Assembly (NCBI GenBank): GCA_951406725.2
Contig: OX597834.1
Coordinates: 39,184,001 to 39,248,000, forward strand
Source: Octopus vulgaris
Lineage: Eukaryota
Reading direction: 5' to 3'
Length of the DNA: 64,000 nt
Shown here: positions 42,289 through 55,996 of the stretch, piece by piece
Layout: every line of letters begins with the position of its first letter
Position numbering within the stretch: position 1 is the first letter of the stretch
Made by a program: the position numbers and the translations under genes
The notes under the pieces: generated by a model
The model's input: only the letters and a program-made list of their open reading frames with translations
What the model was told of the DNA's origin: nothing
The model's database searches: none

Positions 42289-42964
42289 CAGGGTGTAGAG
42301 TCTTAGCACCTGTAGAAAATAAAGCAAGACATAACAGAGTCGGCCAATATTTACACTGGATATGTCGGCATTAAAAAATCAAACCGCTGACAAATGGAAT
42401 AAACACCATTCTGAAGCTGTGACAGAGGGAGAAAACGTGTCGATTCTCTGGAACTTTCCCGTACATACCGACATAACTATAAAATCTAATAAACCGGATA
42501 TTATTATAAAAGATCAGACAAAAAAGGTGTGTTTATTAATTGACATGAGTATTCCTTGCGATCACAATATAGCAGCGAAGAATTTGACAAGATCAGTAAA
42601 TATAAAGACTTGCTAATACAAATTGAAAAAAGGGGCATCTCAAAGCAACTACAGTACCAGTGATTGTAGGATCTCTAGGAATGATAAAAAAGGTACTGAA
42701 ACCTATTTGAAAATGATACCATTCTTACCATCCCTACAAGAAGTGCAAAGAATAGTGTTAACTGGAACGACTCATGTACTGAGAAGAGCATTACCGTTGT
42801 GAAAACAACATCCATTCATGAATTTATTTATTAAATTTTTAAATATATATTTTACCTGTGAATTTGCGTGTGTAATCTGGGAATGCATACAATGAGCTTT
42901 TCTGCTCTTGGTGTATGGAAAATACTCGTGGAGAAACGGAAGAAAATTTGAAGAAAGAAGGAAA

Positions 42965-42968
<4 letters not shown>
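42289..42968 (+). mobile_element. Dong/R4-clade LINE, 5'-truncated (RLE domain and 3' UTR)
   Basis: RHNRVGQYLHW..ILWNFPVHTD..NKPDIIIKD..LLIDMSIPCD..KISKYKDL..PVIVGSLG; flanked by (TAA)n. Confidence 0.85.
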
Positions 42969-43050
<82 letters not shown>

Positions 43051-43070
43051 CATTATAATAATAATAATCA

Positions 43071-44045
43071 TTGTATAAGGAGTGAAAAGAGAACGCTTGC
43101 CTAGTATTTGATAAATGGTAAAGAAGACCTGCTGCAATATGCCGCGAAAGATATGAGTATAAATGCAGATGAATTGATGGGCAAGGAAGAGTTTAACCAA
43201 AGAGCTGAGGAGAAGAGAAAAGAAGACCTTGAAATGAGAATGCATGGACAGTTTGAAAGGGCTACATAAGACGTTAAGGATAATACAGCAGCGTGGGCAT
43301 GGCTTGAACGAGGTGATTTGATGTGCACCACAGAAAGCCTGATCAACGCTGCACAAGATCAGGCTCTCGCTACCAATTCAGTGAAGTATAACATCCATAA
43401 AACTTACGACACCCAGAAATGCAGACTCTGTGGAAAGAGTGTGGAAAATATGACCCACTTGGAAAGTGGATGTGAGAGCCTTGCACGAAAAGAATACAAG
43501 CGCCGCCACGATAAAGTGTGTGTATCTTCATTGGCTCTTACGCCGTAAATACCAATATGAAATAACAGAGAACTGGTATGAGCATGTTCCAAGTAAAGTT
43601 ATGCAGGAGGATGGAAAAGTAACGATACTCTGGGACTATGACTTTCAGATGGATCTTGTAATCGAACACCGTCGGCCGGATACTGTCATATTGAATAATA
43701 GAGACGAATACTGTCAGATCATTGAAGTAGCTATACCAAATGACATGAATATTATGAGTAAACAGGTTGAAAAATTCGCCAGGTACTTCGAACTGAAAGG
43801 GGAAATGGCAAAAGTGTATGGGTGCGAGAGGGTAATGTAAAAATGATACCAGTGGTGATCGGAGCGTTGGGCTCATTCCCATTGAAACTTCAAGACTTCT
43901 TAAGGCAACTGGAAATCCCATGCAAGATTGATGTCTTGCAAAAAGCAGCTTTATTGGACACAACGTGTCTGAGGTCCTTGTTGTGACTTGACAGATGACT
44001 AAAAACTCCTGTGCATTTTTACTTACACTGTGTTACAAAGGAGGA
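43071..44045 (+). mobile_element. Second, divergent Dong/R4-clade LINE fragment (CCHC and RLE)
   Basis: MHGQF..AAQDQALATN..CRLCGKSVENMTHLESGC..YKRRHD..LWDYDFQ..RRPD..IEVAIPND; flanked by (TAA)n. Confidence 0.9.
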
Positions 44046-44119
44046 ATAATAAAAATAAAAATAACAACAACAATAATAATAATGATAATAATAATACTTT
44101 ATTATTATTATTATTATTT

Positions 44120-44327
44120 CAAATTTTTATACATAAGGGCAGCTTGGGGGAGATGGGGATTTGTCGATTACGTCGACCCCAGTGTTCAACTGGTATTTAT
44201 TTTATCAACCCTTAAAAGATGAAAGGAAAAGTCGACCTCGGCGGAATTTTAACTCAGAACGTAGCGACGGGCGACATACTGCTAAGCATTTAGTCCAGCG
44301 CGCTAACGATTCTGCCGGCACGATGTC

Positions 44328-44328
<1 letters not shown>
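44120..44328 (-). mobile_element. SINE family A, diverged
   Basis: Reverse complement of family A between (ATT)n and (TAA)n. Confidence 0.85.
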
Positions 44329-44424
<96 letters not shown>

Positions 44425-44582
44425 TTATAATAATAATAATAATAATAATAAGAGTAATAAACGTAGCAACTGTTTATGTAAATTTAATGTTTCCAAAAGA
44501 AGTCGGCATTATAACAAAGAAGCAAAGAAAATGGCACAAAGAATTGAAAAAGGAACCAATTCTTCTTCTTCTTCTTCTTCTT

Positions 44583-44685
<103 letters not shown>

Positions 44686-44915
44686 TCTGCATTATTATTA
44701 CGATCCACTTCCTCATCGGAATCGTTATTATTATTAATATGAATAGCAATATCTTTATTATCTCCATTATCATTATAATCCTCCTCTTCCTCCTCTTCCT
44801 CCTCCTCCTCCTCCTCCTCTTCCTCCTCCTCCTCCTCCTCTTCCTCCTCCTCAGCATCATCATCATCATCAACAGCAGCAGCTGCAACCGTAGTAGTAGT
44901 AGTAGTAGTAGTAGT

Positions 44916-44986
<71 letters not shown>

Positions 44987-45383
44987 CAGTAGTAGTAGTA
45001 GAGCCAATCTAATCAGGTAATTTAGACTTTCATTACAAAACCACGATGCAAGACAAGAGAAGAACGAAACAAGAGAATCGACAACAACAACAACAACAAC
45101 AAAACATTGAAATAATAAAGAATTAGTTTCTGAAAAAACCCCATAAGTTTGTTTGCGTTTCATCTTGTTTTTGATATTTCGGAGTTTCTCTATGGCTCCG
45201 TTTTTGTATTCATTATTTGTCAGTCATTTTTCTGTCTTTTTTTTGTTTTTTAGAATTGGTGAAAAAGCTATAGGACTATTGTGTATGTGCGTGTGAGTGT
45301 GAATATTATGTGAGTGTGAATATTATGTGAGTGTACGTGTGTGTGTGCGAGGGTGTATAATGTGTGAACGTGTGTGTATGTAA

Positions 45384-45423
<40 letters not shown>

Positions 45424-45429
45424 ATATAT

Positions 45430-45560
45430 ATGGGGCAGGGTGAAAAGAAGTTTGCTCTGCAACCATATGGGCCTGTGTTCAGTCCCACTGCGTGGCACCT
45501 TGGGCAAGTGTATCCTGTGAGTGGATTTGATAGATGGAAACTGAAAGAAGCCTGTCGTAT
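45430..45560 (+). mobile_element. SINE family B head, internally deleted
   Basis: gttcagtcccactgcgtggcaccttgggcaagtgt. Confidence 0.8.
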
Positions 45561-45599
45561 ATTTATATATGTACACACACATACACATATAATGAATGA

Positions 45600-45830
45600 G
45601 GTTGAGTTGGCAGAAACGTTAGCGCGCCGGGCAAAATACTTAGTGGTATTTCGTCTGCCGCTACGTTCTGAGCTCAAATTCTGCCGAGGTCGACTTTGCC
45701 TTTCATCCTTTCCTAGTCGATAAATTAAGTACCAGTTACGCACTGGGGTCGATATAATCGACTCAATCCGTTTGTCTGTCCTTGTTTGTCCCCTCTGTGT
45801 TTAGCCCCTTGTGGTTAGTAAAGAAATAAG
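45600..45830 (+). mobile_element. SINE family A
   Basis: Matches family A. Confidence 0.9.
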
Positions 45831-45839
45831 AATGAGGCC

Positions 45840-46620
45840 GCATGCCATCTTTTGACAAGATCCTCATTGACCAAGCCCAGAGATTTCGTTTTCTTTACCG
45901 AGCAGGAAATTTCGTGTCGTCCTCCGTTTAGTGCTGCCTGGAGGAGGCGATTGATTGGTATGCTTCATTATACAGGTTGTGCCCCCTAGTGAAGATGTGG
46001 GCAATGACAGTTAAAGGTAGGTTACTGAAGAGGAGATTAGGTGTTCATGGTTGCAGTGTTTGATCTGAAATGTTATACTGTCCATAAGTGGATACAGTGG
46101 ATATATTGTTGATCCTAGGTACGATTTTGAACTCCATTCGATTGTAGGACCCTAGCTCGAGAGTTTCAGGGTTTTGAGAAGTTTGGAATTGGAGCCAACC
46201 GTTAACCAGTTTTGTTCCGAGGTCTATTCTGCCCCAGAGTGGCAGCATTTGTCAGGACACCAGCTATGGGTTAAATAGCATGTAACCACCTGAGATAGAG
46301 TTACGTCGAAGTCATAGGATGTGAATATGCGGCATGGTGGATGTGAACTATTTTGGCAGGTGAACTTATTGAAACAATGACGAATATCACTAGATGCTGA
46401 GCAGATGAACGGGCTACAAACTATCAGCGACCAGGATCAACCAGTCCAATTAGCGAATTACTGCTAACAGCTGTTGTCGTGGTGTGCAGAGACGAGACAT
46501 TGCAGTAAGCGAAAGACCAATGTGGATGCCAATACCAGACATTCGTGCTCCGTCGCTCGATCGGGACGTCTGTGCGTGGAAGAGCGGTGATGTTCCTGGC
46601 AAGCTGCTCGACCTCATTGA
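45840..46620 (-). pseudogene. Possible very degenerate Gypsy gag-pro-RT fragment
   Basis: Collinear weak motifs: VWYWH..C, VNG...TLELG, HIFTRG, WAWSMRILSKDGMRP (cf. SPWASPLHMVPKKDGWRP). Confidence 0.3.
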
Positions 46621-47317
46621 TTGATTGATTGAATAACTGATTAATTGAGTGATAGACTGGGTATATTGTGGAAGTTAAAAAGCTTATAGTATTTGACTGT
46701 GAGTAAGAAATGACGTTTTAGTGGTAGGACATTTCTCGCTATGTTTGTCGTGGATTAGCTAAATTATTTTTCGTTTGCCAGATTTTTCGTGTGGTAGTGG
46801 GGTTTATCCATATAAACTAATCTCTTACTGACGCTGCAACTAGCGAGTGCATCATTATCACAAAAATGTGCTCTGTTGAAGATATTCCTGTACGGAAATA
46901 TAGTACAGCTTGTCCTATTATTTTAGTTATAGGAACCTTAATAATGACCTTAATAATGACCAGTGGGTGGTTGGAATGTTATGTATGTAAACGATGCCGT
47001 CATTCAGCGGTAATATACGTTTAAATTTAATGTTATGTCTAGCAAGTTAGGCACAACTACATTGGATTCAATAGTTAAGATTGAGTTAAACAGTGCAGTG
47101 TATCCAATGACAATGGTTTCTAATGTAAACCCGCATTTTTAAAGACGTGGTACGGAATTTGGAGGAAAGGAATTTTATTCCTGATACACACAAATGAATA
47201 TATACATACATATATGTGTGTATATACATTTGTTTATGAAGTGTATGTGTGTATATACATTTATTTATGGTGTGTATGTGTGTGTCTGTGTGTGTGTAGA
47301 TGCATTTATTCATACAC

Positions 47318-47348
<31 letters not shown>

Positions 47349-47385
47349 CATACGTACACTTCACATGTATATACATACATGTATG

Positions 47386-47444
<59 letters not shown>

Positions 47445-47446
47445 TC

Positions 47447-47611
47447 AGATGGTTCATATTTGTAGATATTTATTTATATATTACATTTTTTACATATATA
47501 TCATATCATTCGATTCTAGTGGGTTTTCATTTCAAAACCCACTAGAATGAGCAATATCAATGGATATATATGTAAATAAATATAAATAAATATTACAAAT
47601 ATGAACCATCT
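47447..47611. repeat. Imperfect palindrome (~80-bp arms)
   Basis: agatggttcatatttgta...attctagtgggtttt | aaaacccactagaat...tacaaatatgaaccatct. Confidence 0.85.
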
Positions 47612-47744
47612 CTGATTAAATTTTTCTAATATATAATACCTGTACATCATCTCCAAACCTTCCGTGATATATATATATATATAAATTAAATTAGAGATAA
47701 AACCACTATTAGAACAAACAGTGATAGACATAAACCATACTCCC

Positions 47745-47894
<150 letters not shown>

Positions 47895-48389
47895 CAATTA
47901 TTTCGTGTCATTAAAACCATTTAAGAACACACAAAAACTGTTCATTCAACCTTCAATGGTATTGTATATACTTAAATGGTTAAAATGATTCTTCAACGAT
48001 GTAATTGTTTCGGTTTTAACACACGATATGACATCAAAGAAGCGTAACTCTGAAATATATACTTACATATATACGCATGTTGTTGTGAGTTTTTCTGTGA
48101 ATATAAGCGTGTGTGTGCGTGTGAAATAAGTGCTGTTACAAAATTCCTCAAATTCAAATGTAGTTATAATAATTATAATCTACAATAAAATTTTCAATGC
48201 TTCAAAGCACGACTTAAAACAAAGATTTACTTTCTCTGTTGTAAGATTAAGACTTCTAATTTCACGGTGGAAAGTCGATAAGTCTCTGTGGTGTAGTGCT
48301 CCAGGGTAGTGCTATAGTCTGCGGAAGACGCATAATTCGATTCCTCCCTACGTGCTTTTGTCATGCAAGAATTTCTTTACCACTATATT

Positions 48390-48540
48390 GTGAAGATGCG
48401 TGGCCTAGTGGCTAGCATGTTGCACTCCCTGCTGCAAGATGGAGGGTTCGATTCACAGCCCGGGCTGCGCGTTGTGTTCTTGAGCAAAACACTTCATTTC
48501 ACGTTGCTCCAGTCTACTCAGCTGTAAATGGACTGGCCTT
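48390..48540 (+). mobile_element. SINE family C head and core
   Basis: tggcctagtgg A box, ggttcgatt B box, cttgagcaaaacacttcatttcacgttgctccag core. Confidence 0.8.
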
Positions 48541-48694
48541 CGGAGCAGGGGGGAATGTTGGCCCCCTCGCCTAGCCAATGGAGTAGCATCATTCGAAGAC
48601 GAAAGTAATGCAAAGGGCATCGTGACAAGCGATGTATAACAATACCCAATAGTCTGGTCAATACCATGATACCGTTACGGTGACATAAACTCAC

Positions 48695-48944
48695 CAACAT
48701 TGGTTGTCAAGCGACGGAAAGGACACACACACGTACACACACACACACACGCACACACACACACACACACACATATGTATATACGACAGGCGTCTCTCAG
48801 TTTCCGCCTACCAAATCCACTCGCAAGGCTTTGGTCGGCCCGCGGCTATAGTAGAAAACCCTTGCCTAAAGTGCCATCAGTGGAACTGAACCCGGAACCG
48901 TGTGGGTTGGAAAGCAAGCTTCTTATCACACAGCCACTCCTGCG

Positions 48945-48948
<4 letters not shown>
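48695..48948 (-). mobile_element. SINE family B
   Basis: Reverse complement of family B head and core. Confidence 0.85.
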
Positions 48949-48998
<50 letters not shown>

Positions 48999-49112
48999 TA
49001 TATACATACATGTGTAATATATGCGCAACGGTACACGTAAGCAGATTTCATGCATGCATACTAAAATGCTTTGCACGGATATATCGACTTCTACACACAC
49101 ACACACACGCAG

Positions 49113-49185
<73 letters not shown>

Positions 49186-49962
49186 TGGAATGCCATCCTC
49201 CGGGTGTCTACGTGGTAGGTCAACTGGCGTGTGTGGTTACTTCAGTAAGAATCGAGAAATTTCTCACTTTCACTCTTATTCACTCACCCTCTTTATATAT
49301 ATATCTCGCTATCTTTCTCCCTCCCCTTCTCCCTCCCTCCCCCCCTCTCTTAGTAATTAATTCATATTTATTGCTTTTAATACTGTTGTTATTTGTGCCA
49401 AATGTCGGCACTTTGAAGTTTTATCCTTCCAGAAACGGTGCCGTACCCATTCTCAGCCACAGTGCTGCCAGAAGTGGCGAGTCTAAAATGTGATAAGTAA
49501 ACCTCTTCAAACTACAAAGACCCAGTCACTAGATTTCTCACCAGATATCTACTTATTTCGTGTGCGTGTGCTGTATGTGTTTCTAAGTATGGATGTGTGG
49601 GTATGCGCGTGTGTGTGTGGGTGTGTGGGTGTCTGTCTGTGTGTGCATGCACTTATGCAGACGTGTACACATATATGTACACCAGTGTGTGCGTGTGTGT
49701 ATATGAGTGTGAATATATGTATATACATATGTGTGTGTATAAATATATGTCTATATATATGTATGTGTGTGTGTGAGTATGTGTGTGCGTATGTATGTAT
49801 TTATGTATGTTTGTAGGGATATATGTATAGATAGAAGCGTGAGAAGTCATATATGTGTGTGTATAAATATATGTCTATATGTATGTATATATATATATAT
49901 ATGCGTGTGTGTGTGTGTTTGTGTGTGTGTGTATGTATGTGTATAAATATATGTCTATATGT

Positions 49963-50002
<40 letters not shown>

Positions 50003-50459
50003 ATGTATTTGTGCGCGCGTGTGTATTTATGTATGTGTGTATGTATATATGTATGTATGTAAGTATTTATGTGTTTGTGTATGTATGTAATATATATTGT
50101 CTCCATTTCCCTTGTTCCACCCCTGCCCACCACCTGTAACAATCCCTAGCATCTCATACTGCCATAATATCATTTACTACCCCCACCATATCACACGCAC
50201 ACATATACACTCAAGCAAACACACACACACACTTACTCATACACACGCACATACACAAGCACATTCAGATATAAGGGGAATATTTTAAGATTTGCATATT
50301 AATAGGGATATCTATATCTATATATATCCTTTCTATATATATATATATATACGTACATACATATATATATATATATACATATATACATATATACATATAT
50401 GCGCAGACACACACATGTACGTATGCATATACATAAGCATATAAATGTATGTGTGTGTG

Positions 50460-50536
<77 letters not shown>

Positions 50537-50694
50537 GTGTGTGTGTGTGTGCGTGTGTGTGTGTGTGTGCGTGTGTGTGTGTGTGTAATGTCATGTTATA
50601 TACTTCGTGTTGGAAACATCGTTGGTGGCACACTCATCGTAATTAAAAACTCAATTGCAATCATTAACATATTTCAAGAAATGATAACAACAGC

Positions 50695-50735
<41 letters not shown>

Positions 50736-51119
50736 CCAAAACAACAACAACAACAACAGCAGCAGCAGCAACAACAACAACAACGACAACAAGAATGGCA
50801 ACAGGGAATACGTGTGCAATATCAAGTGTTGTTACAACAGCCAAGTCAGTAACCCCCACCTCTTGCTCTAATCGTATGAAGACCATCAGAAATGGCGAGT
50901 GTAGCAACATGAAGTGTAATCCCAGAAACATGGTGGCCCAAAACTCATTAAACCATTTTAATCTAACCTTAACTCTAATTCTAATCTGTTTTTTTTTTTC
51001 ACAATTAATTCTTTTGAATTTTTCATTTTCTGTTTGTTTCAGGTTATTGACATATTGTTATTTCGTTTTTGGATTTGGTTTGCAAGATTCTTTATGTGAG
51101 TTCGTGTGTTGAAGCATAT

Positions 51120-51365
51120 TCTGTTGTGTCTGAGGAGAGTCATTTTCTTTTTGTGCCTTATTATTTAACACACTCACCGGTAAAATTTCCTCTTATTTCT
51201 TATTTTTATTTTCCTAAAATTTTCATTGCGTCGTTTATTGAAAAGGTTGCAAGACACAACAAAAATTTTAGGAAAATAAAAATAAGAAATAAGTGGAAAT
51301 TTTACCGGTGATTGTGTTACATAATAAGGCACAAAAAGAAAATGACTCTCCCCAGACACAACAGA
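51120..51365. repeat. Long inverted repeat (~105-bp arms, ~35-nt spacer)
   Basis: ggagagtcattttctttttgtgccttat...caccggtaaaatttcc vs ggaaattttaccggtg...ataaggcacaaaaagaaaatgactctcc. Confidence 0.95.
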
Positions 51366-51439
51366 CAAATTGTTAGTTCTTGGAAAATAAGCATAAAGAC
51401 TTTCACGTCAGAACAAGTATAAAATAATCAGATTTTATT

Positions 51440-51825
51440 TCTAACAATCAACGATCAATTTGTGTTAATTCAAAGAGCTGACATTCGTCATTTTTAAGGT
51501 CTAACAATCGCCATCAAAACAAGGGATACTCAACTTATCTCAGCTTTTTGAATGGCAGGGGGCTGTGACTGATTTATCCCGGGTGTGAAGGCCACATTCT
51601 GGGAAGTCTCAGGACAACATTCACAGTGTATAGCAGAGCATTGAAGAAAAGGTCGCAACATCAACTCGAAGCTGGTCCCAGCAGCTGGACATACCCCGAA
51701 GCTCATTACAAAGTATTTGAAAGATGCTAGATTTATTCCCATATAAAGTGCAGCTAATTCAGGAACTGAATCCAGCAGGTTATCGAGTACGATGAATATA
51801 TTCTGCCCAGATCATGAAACTCTAA
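51440..51825 (+). pseudogene. Tc1/mariner transposase N-terminal (HTH) remnant
   Basis: PSKQGILNLSQLFEWQGAVTD..STRSWSQQLDIPRSSLQSI*KMLDLFPYKVQLIQELNP. Confidence 0.75.
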
Positions 51826-52855
51826 ATTCTTTTGGTTCTCACGCTCACGTAATTTAACGACTCCAAACTTTTTCTTGTGTGAATATCTTAAAGATAGAAT
51901 ATATCATAACAATCCTTGGACCATATAGCAATTTAAGACGAAGAAATTGAAGGAACAACACAAGAAATATTGTAAATGTTGATGGAACACCCCTTGGAAA
52001 GAGCCTATCTTTGTCGAGAACGAAACGATGTCCATTTGAAAGAGAACCGTTTTCAAAACTAATTAACCCATGACAACGGTTATGTTTTTTTATCAAGCAA
52101 CCAGGTTGCATTGACAGAAATTTTCTCAGATGAGATCAGCAATTAGCGCACGACAATGGTTCGGCGTATATTTAAATCAACCGTTTTAACCAGTTTACGA
52201 CGGTGATTCATTCGGTTGCCTGCGTGCGGCAATGGTAATCGCGCCGATTGAGGTCAGCACTCAGTGCGAGATAATAACGTTCGGCGTATATTTACGTCAA
52301 CCGCTTTAGTGCAAAACTGTTTATTTGTCTAAACTATATTCCTGTGCAGGACGCTCATGAAGTATTATTCCTGAATAAGATCACTCCACAGCACAATTTC
52401 ATGTATTTACAATCACGTGAATTCAAAAATTGACTTTAGTGTTGTGATATATGCCACACACAGTGGTCTGTACAGCAAAAATTATATCTATTAACGAAAT
52501 GTGAATTTTCTGATGTTCACATTACGTTGGCGAGAAGTTTGTCCATGTTTCGAATTGGATCGTTCGTCGGAGATCCAAGAAAAACAGCAAAGTTTATTTC
52601 GTACTGACTTACACATACTCATACACATGCACACATGTATACTTCATTTGTGGTTTAACAAGGCAACCAGGGATTTAAGGTGGCAGTGATCTCATTCAAA
52701 ATCGAAACGAGTTCTGACATTCCAAAGTGATTCGCTTGAATAATTGTGGAGATCGTTACACATGAAACTATTGGTTGCCTTCTTAGTCCACAAATAAAGA
52801 GTATTTACCCACCAACGAGCTGTTGAGCACTCACATTCTCATAGTTTGATATAAG

Positions 52856-52924
<69 letters not shown>

Positions 52925-52928
<4 letters not shown>

Positions 52929-53240
52929 TGGTACTCCGTCCGTTACGACGACGAGGGTTCCAGTTGATCCGATCATCGGAATAGCCTTAACGTGCAAGTG
53001 GCTGAGCACTCCACAAACAGGTGTACCCACAACGTAGTTCTCGGGGAGATTCAGCGTGACACAGAGTGTGACAAGGCTGGTCGTTTGAAATACAGGTACA
53101 ACAGAAACAGGAAGAAAGAGTGAGAGAAAAGTTGTGGTGATAGAGTACAGCAAGGTTCACCACCCACCCACCCACCCGGGCCCTCGTGGAACTTTAGGTG
53201 ATTTCGCTCAATAAACACTCACAACGCCCGTTCTGGGCCA
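52925..53240 (-). mobile_element. SINE sharing its 3' half with family C
   Basis: ccagccttgtcacactctgtgtcacgctgaatctcc...gaaccctcgtcgtcgtaac tail; different 5' part. Confidence 0.8.
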
Positions 53241-53412
53241 TACATAGATACATACATATTGATAGATAGATATATATATATATATATATATACATACATA
53301 CATATATATATATATACATACATACATATTTACATATACATACATACATATATATGTGTATATATAAAAAAAAATATATATATATATACATACATACATA
53401 CATACATGCATG

Positions 53413-53521
<109 letters not shown>

Positions 53522-53523
53522 TA

Positions 53524-53558
<35 letters not shown>

Positions 53559-53632
53559 TGTGCTTTAGCTCTGCTGTCATATTTGTTCCCGTAGTTCGAT
53601 AGTTTTTAGACAATACATTTTACTCGTCTGCA

Positions 53633-53667
<35 letters not shown>

Positions 53668-54068
53668 CTCTTCCTCTCCCTGTAAGCTTTTTGCTTTCCG
53701 TCTCCAATTATGCTTGCTAGAGTTGGTCTTTTGGCTTGATTATGGAATGCTAACATGACATTAGAGGCTGTACATCTCGAAACATTGAGCAATTCAACAG
53801 TTTTTAATGAGCGAAGCCTCCACCAATTGTCCTTTGTGAAAACCAGATAGGTCACACACATTTTTAACCTATTTAAATATCAATATTTGCTAAAAACGTA
53901 CAAGACATACATAATGTATATAAACACATATAAAGACTACAAGTTCTGAATCTGTCATATTGCCAATAAAGGGAAAACCAGTTCAATAAAAATTAGCGAT
54001 TCTCTTAGTTTGTTCAAGCTTTCGAGCCTTGTATGCATGGAAGTAGGCGAAAATGTATGTGTGTATGT

Positions 54069-54700
54069 ATAGGCGCAGGGTTCCGTCCCACTGCATGGCA
54101 CCTTAGGCAAGTGTCTTCTACTATAGCCTCGGGCCGACCAAAGCCTTGTGAGTGGATTTGGTAAACGGAAACTGAAAGAAGCCCGTCGTATATATATAAA
54201 GGCGCAGGAGTAGCTGCGTGGTAAGTAACTTGCTTCCCAACCACATGGTTCCCGGTTCAGTCAAACTGCGTGGCCCCTTGGGCAAGTGTCTTCTACTATA
54301 GCCTTCGGCCGACCAAAGCCTTGCTAGTGGATTTGGTAGGCGGAAACTGAGAGAAGTGCTTGGCCACTTGTGGGTAGTAAAGAAATAGGTATTTGGTCTG
54401 CCGCTACGTTCTGAGTTCAAATTCCGACGAGGTCGACTTTGCCTTTCATCCTTTCGGGGTCGATTAAATAAGTACCAGTTACGCACTGGGGTCAATATAA
54501 TGGACTTAATTCCTTTGTCTGTCTTTGTTTGTCCCCTCTATGTTTTGTCCCTTGTGGGCTATAAAGAAATAAGAATCGTTAGCACACCAGACAAGATGCT
54601 GCAAAACGTTTCCCTCGTCTTTACGTTCTGAATTGAAATTCCGCAGAGTTCGACTTTCCCTTTCATTGTTTCGAGGCCGTAAAATAAATTACTAGTCAAA
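54069..54700 (+). mobile_element. SINE cluster: two family B heads followed by family A tandem units
   Basis: Direct similarity to other copies in the window. Confidence 0.85.
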
Positions 54701-55059
54701 TGGTTAGGGTAAATCGAAACACTCTAAGCAGGCGTCCATAAATTGGAAACCAACACTTGGGCGAGAGTATGCACCTTTGGTGGTCCGGATGATCCTGCAT
54801 CTGTGGGGTTTGTTAATCTGCGCCGTTTCGAAGGTCCCCTGTACGAGGAGGTCTGCATCATCCACATGTTAACATATTTCATGTATTATCTGTCATTTTT
54901 TATTTCACTTCTTCCTCATCTTTCTTTCTTCCACGCGTACATCCTTTTATGTAACCGCCCTCCCTCATACACACGTACAAATTTCTAAGTTGTCTTTGTA
55001 ATGTATTCCTCATCCGATGCCCCTGTGGCGAATAAAATAAATTATTATTATTATTATCA

Positions 55060-55115
<56 letters not shown>

Positions 55116-55133
55116 ATTATTATTATTATTATT

Positions 55134-55226
<93 letters not shown>

Positions 55227-55228
<2 letters not shown>

Positions 55229-55820
55229 GGCGGCGTGCTGGCAAAATCTTTCTGAGTTCAAATTCCACTGAGGTCAACTCTACCTTTCATCCTTTCGGGG
55301 TCGATAAAATAAGTACCAGTTCGACACTAGAATCGATGTAATCGACTGGTCCTCGCCCCGCTCCCCATCGCCTATAAATTTCCTGGCATTGTGCCTCTAG
55401 TAGAAAGGATTATTATTATTGTTGTTATTATAGCAAGGCGGCGAGCCAGCGAAATGCTTAGCGGTATTTCGTCTGCCATCACGTTCTGAGTTCAAATTCC
55501 GCCGAGGCCGACTTTGCCTTTCATCTTTTCTGGGTCGATTAAATAAGTACCAGTTACGTACTGGGGTCGATATAATCGACTTAATCCGTTTGTCTGTCCT
55601 TGTTTTTCCTCTCTGTGTTTAGCCCCTTGTGGGTAGTAAAGAAATAGGTATTTCGTCCGGCTTTACATTCTGAGTACAAATTCCGCCGAGGTCAACTTCG
55701 CCTTTCATCCTTTCGGGGTCGATAAATCAAATCAAGTACCAGTGAAATACTGGAGTCGATGTAATCGACTAGTCCCCTCCCCGAAATTTCAGATTTTATG
55801 CTTACAATAGAAAGGATTAT
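55227..55820 (+). mobile_element. SINE family A monomer plus dimer in (ATT)n context
   Basis: Units at 55227, 55435 and 55646; tails agaaaggattattat. Confidence 0.85.
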
Positions 55821-55952
55821 TATCGTTATTATAAAACAGTTGATATCGGTCATTAAATCGTGTAACAAACAAGAAATAAAATTGTAACATATTCCCAGCC
55901 CTCCACTTTACATACATACACACATACATACACTATATACACGCACATACTC

Positions 55953-55996
<44 letters not shown>

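Noticed and set aside
48283-48350. tRNA-like A/B boxes (also 34845-34905 minus)
   Set aside because: No full cloverleaf; consistent with decayed SINE heads
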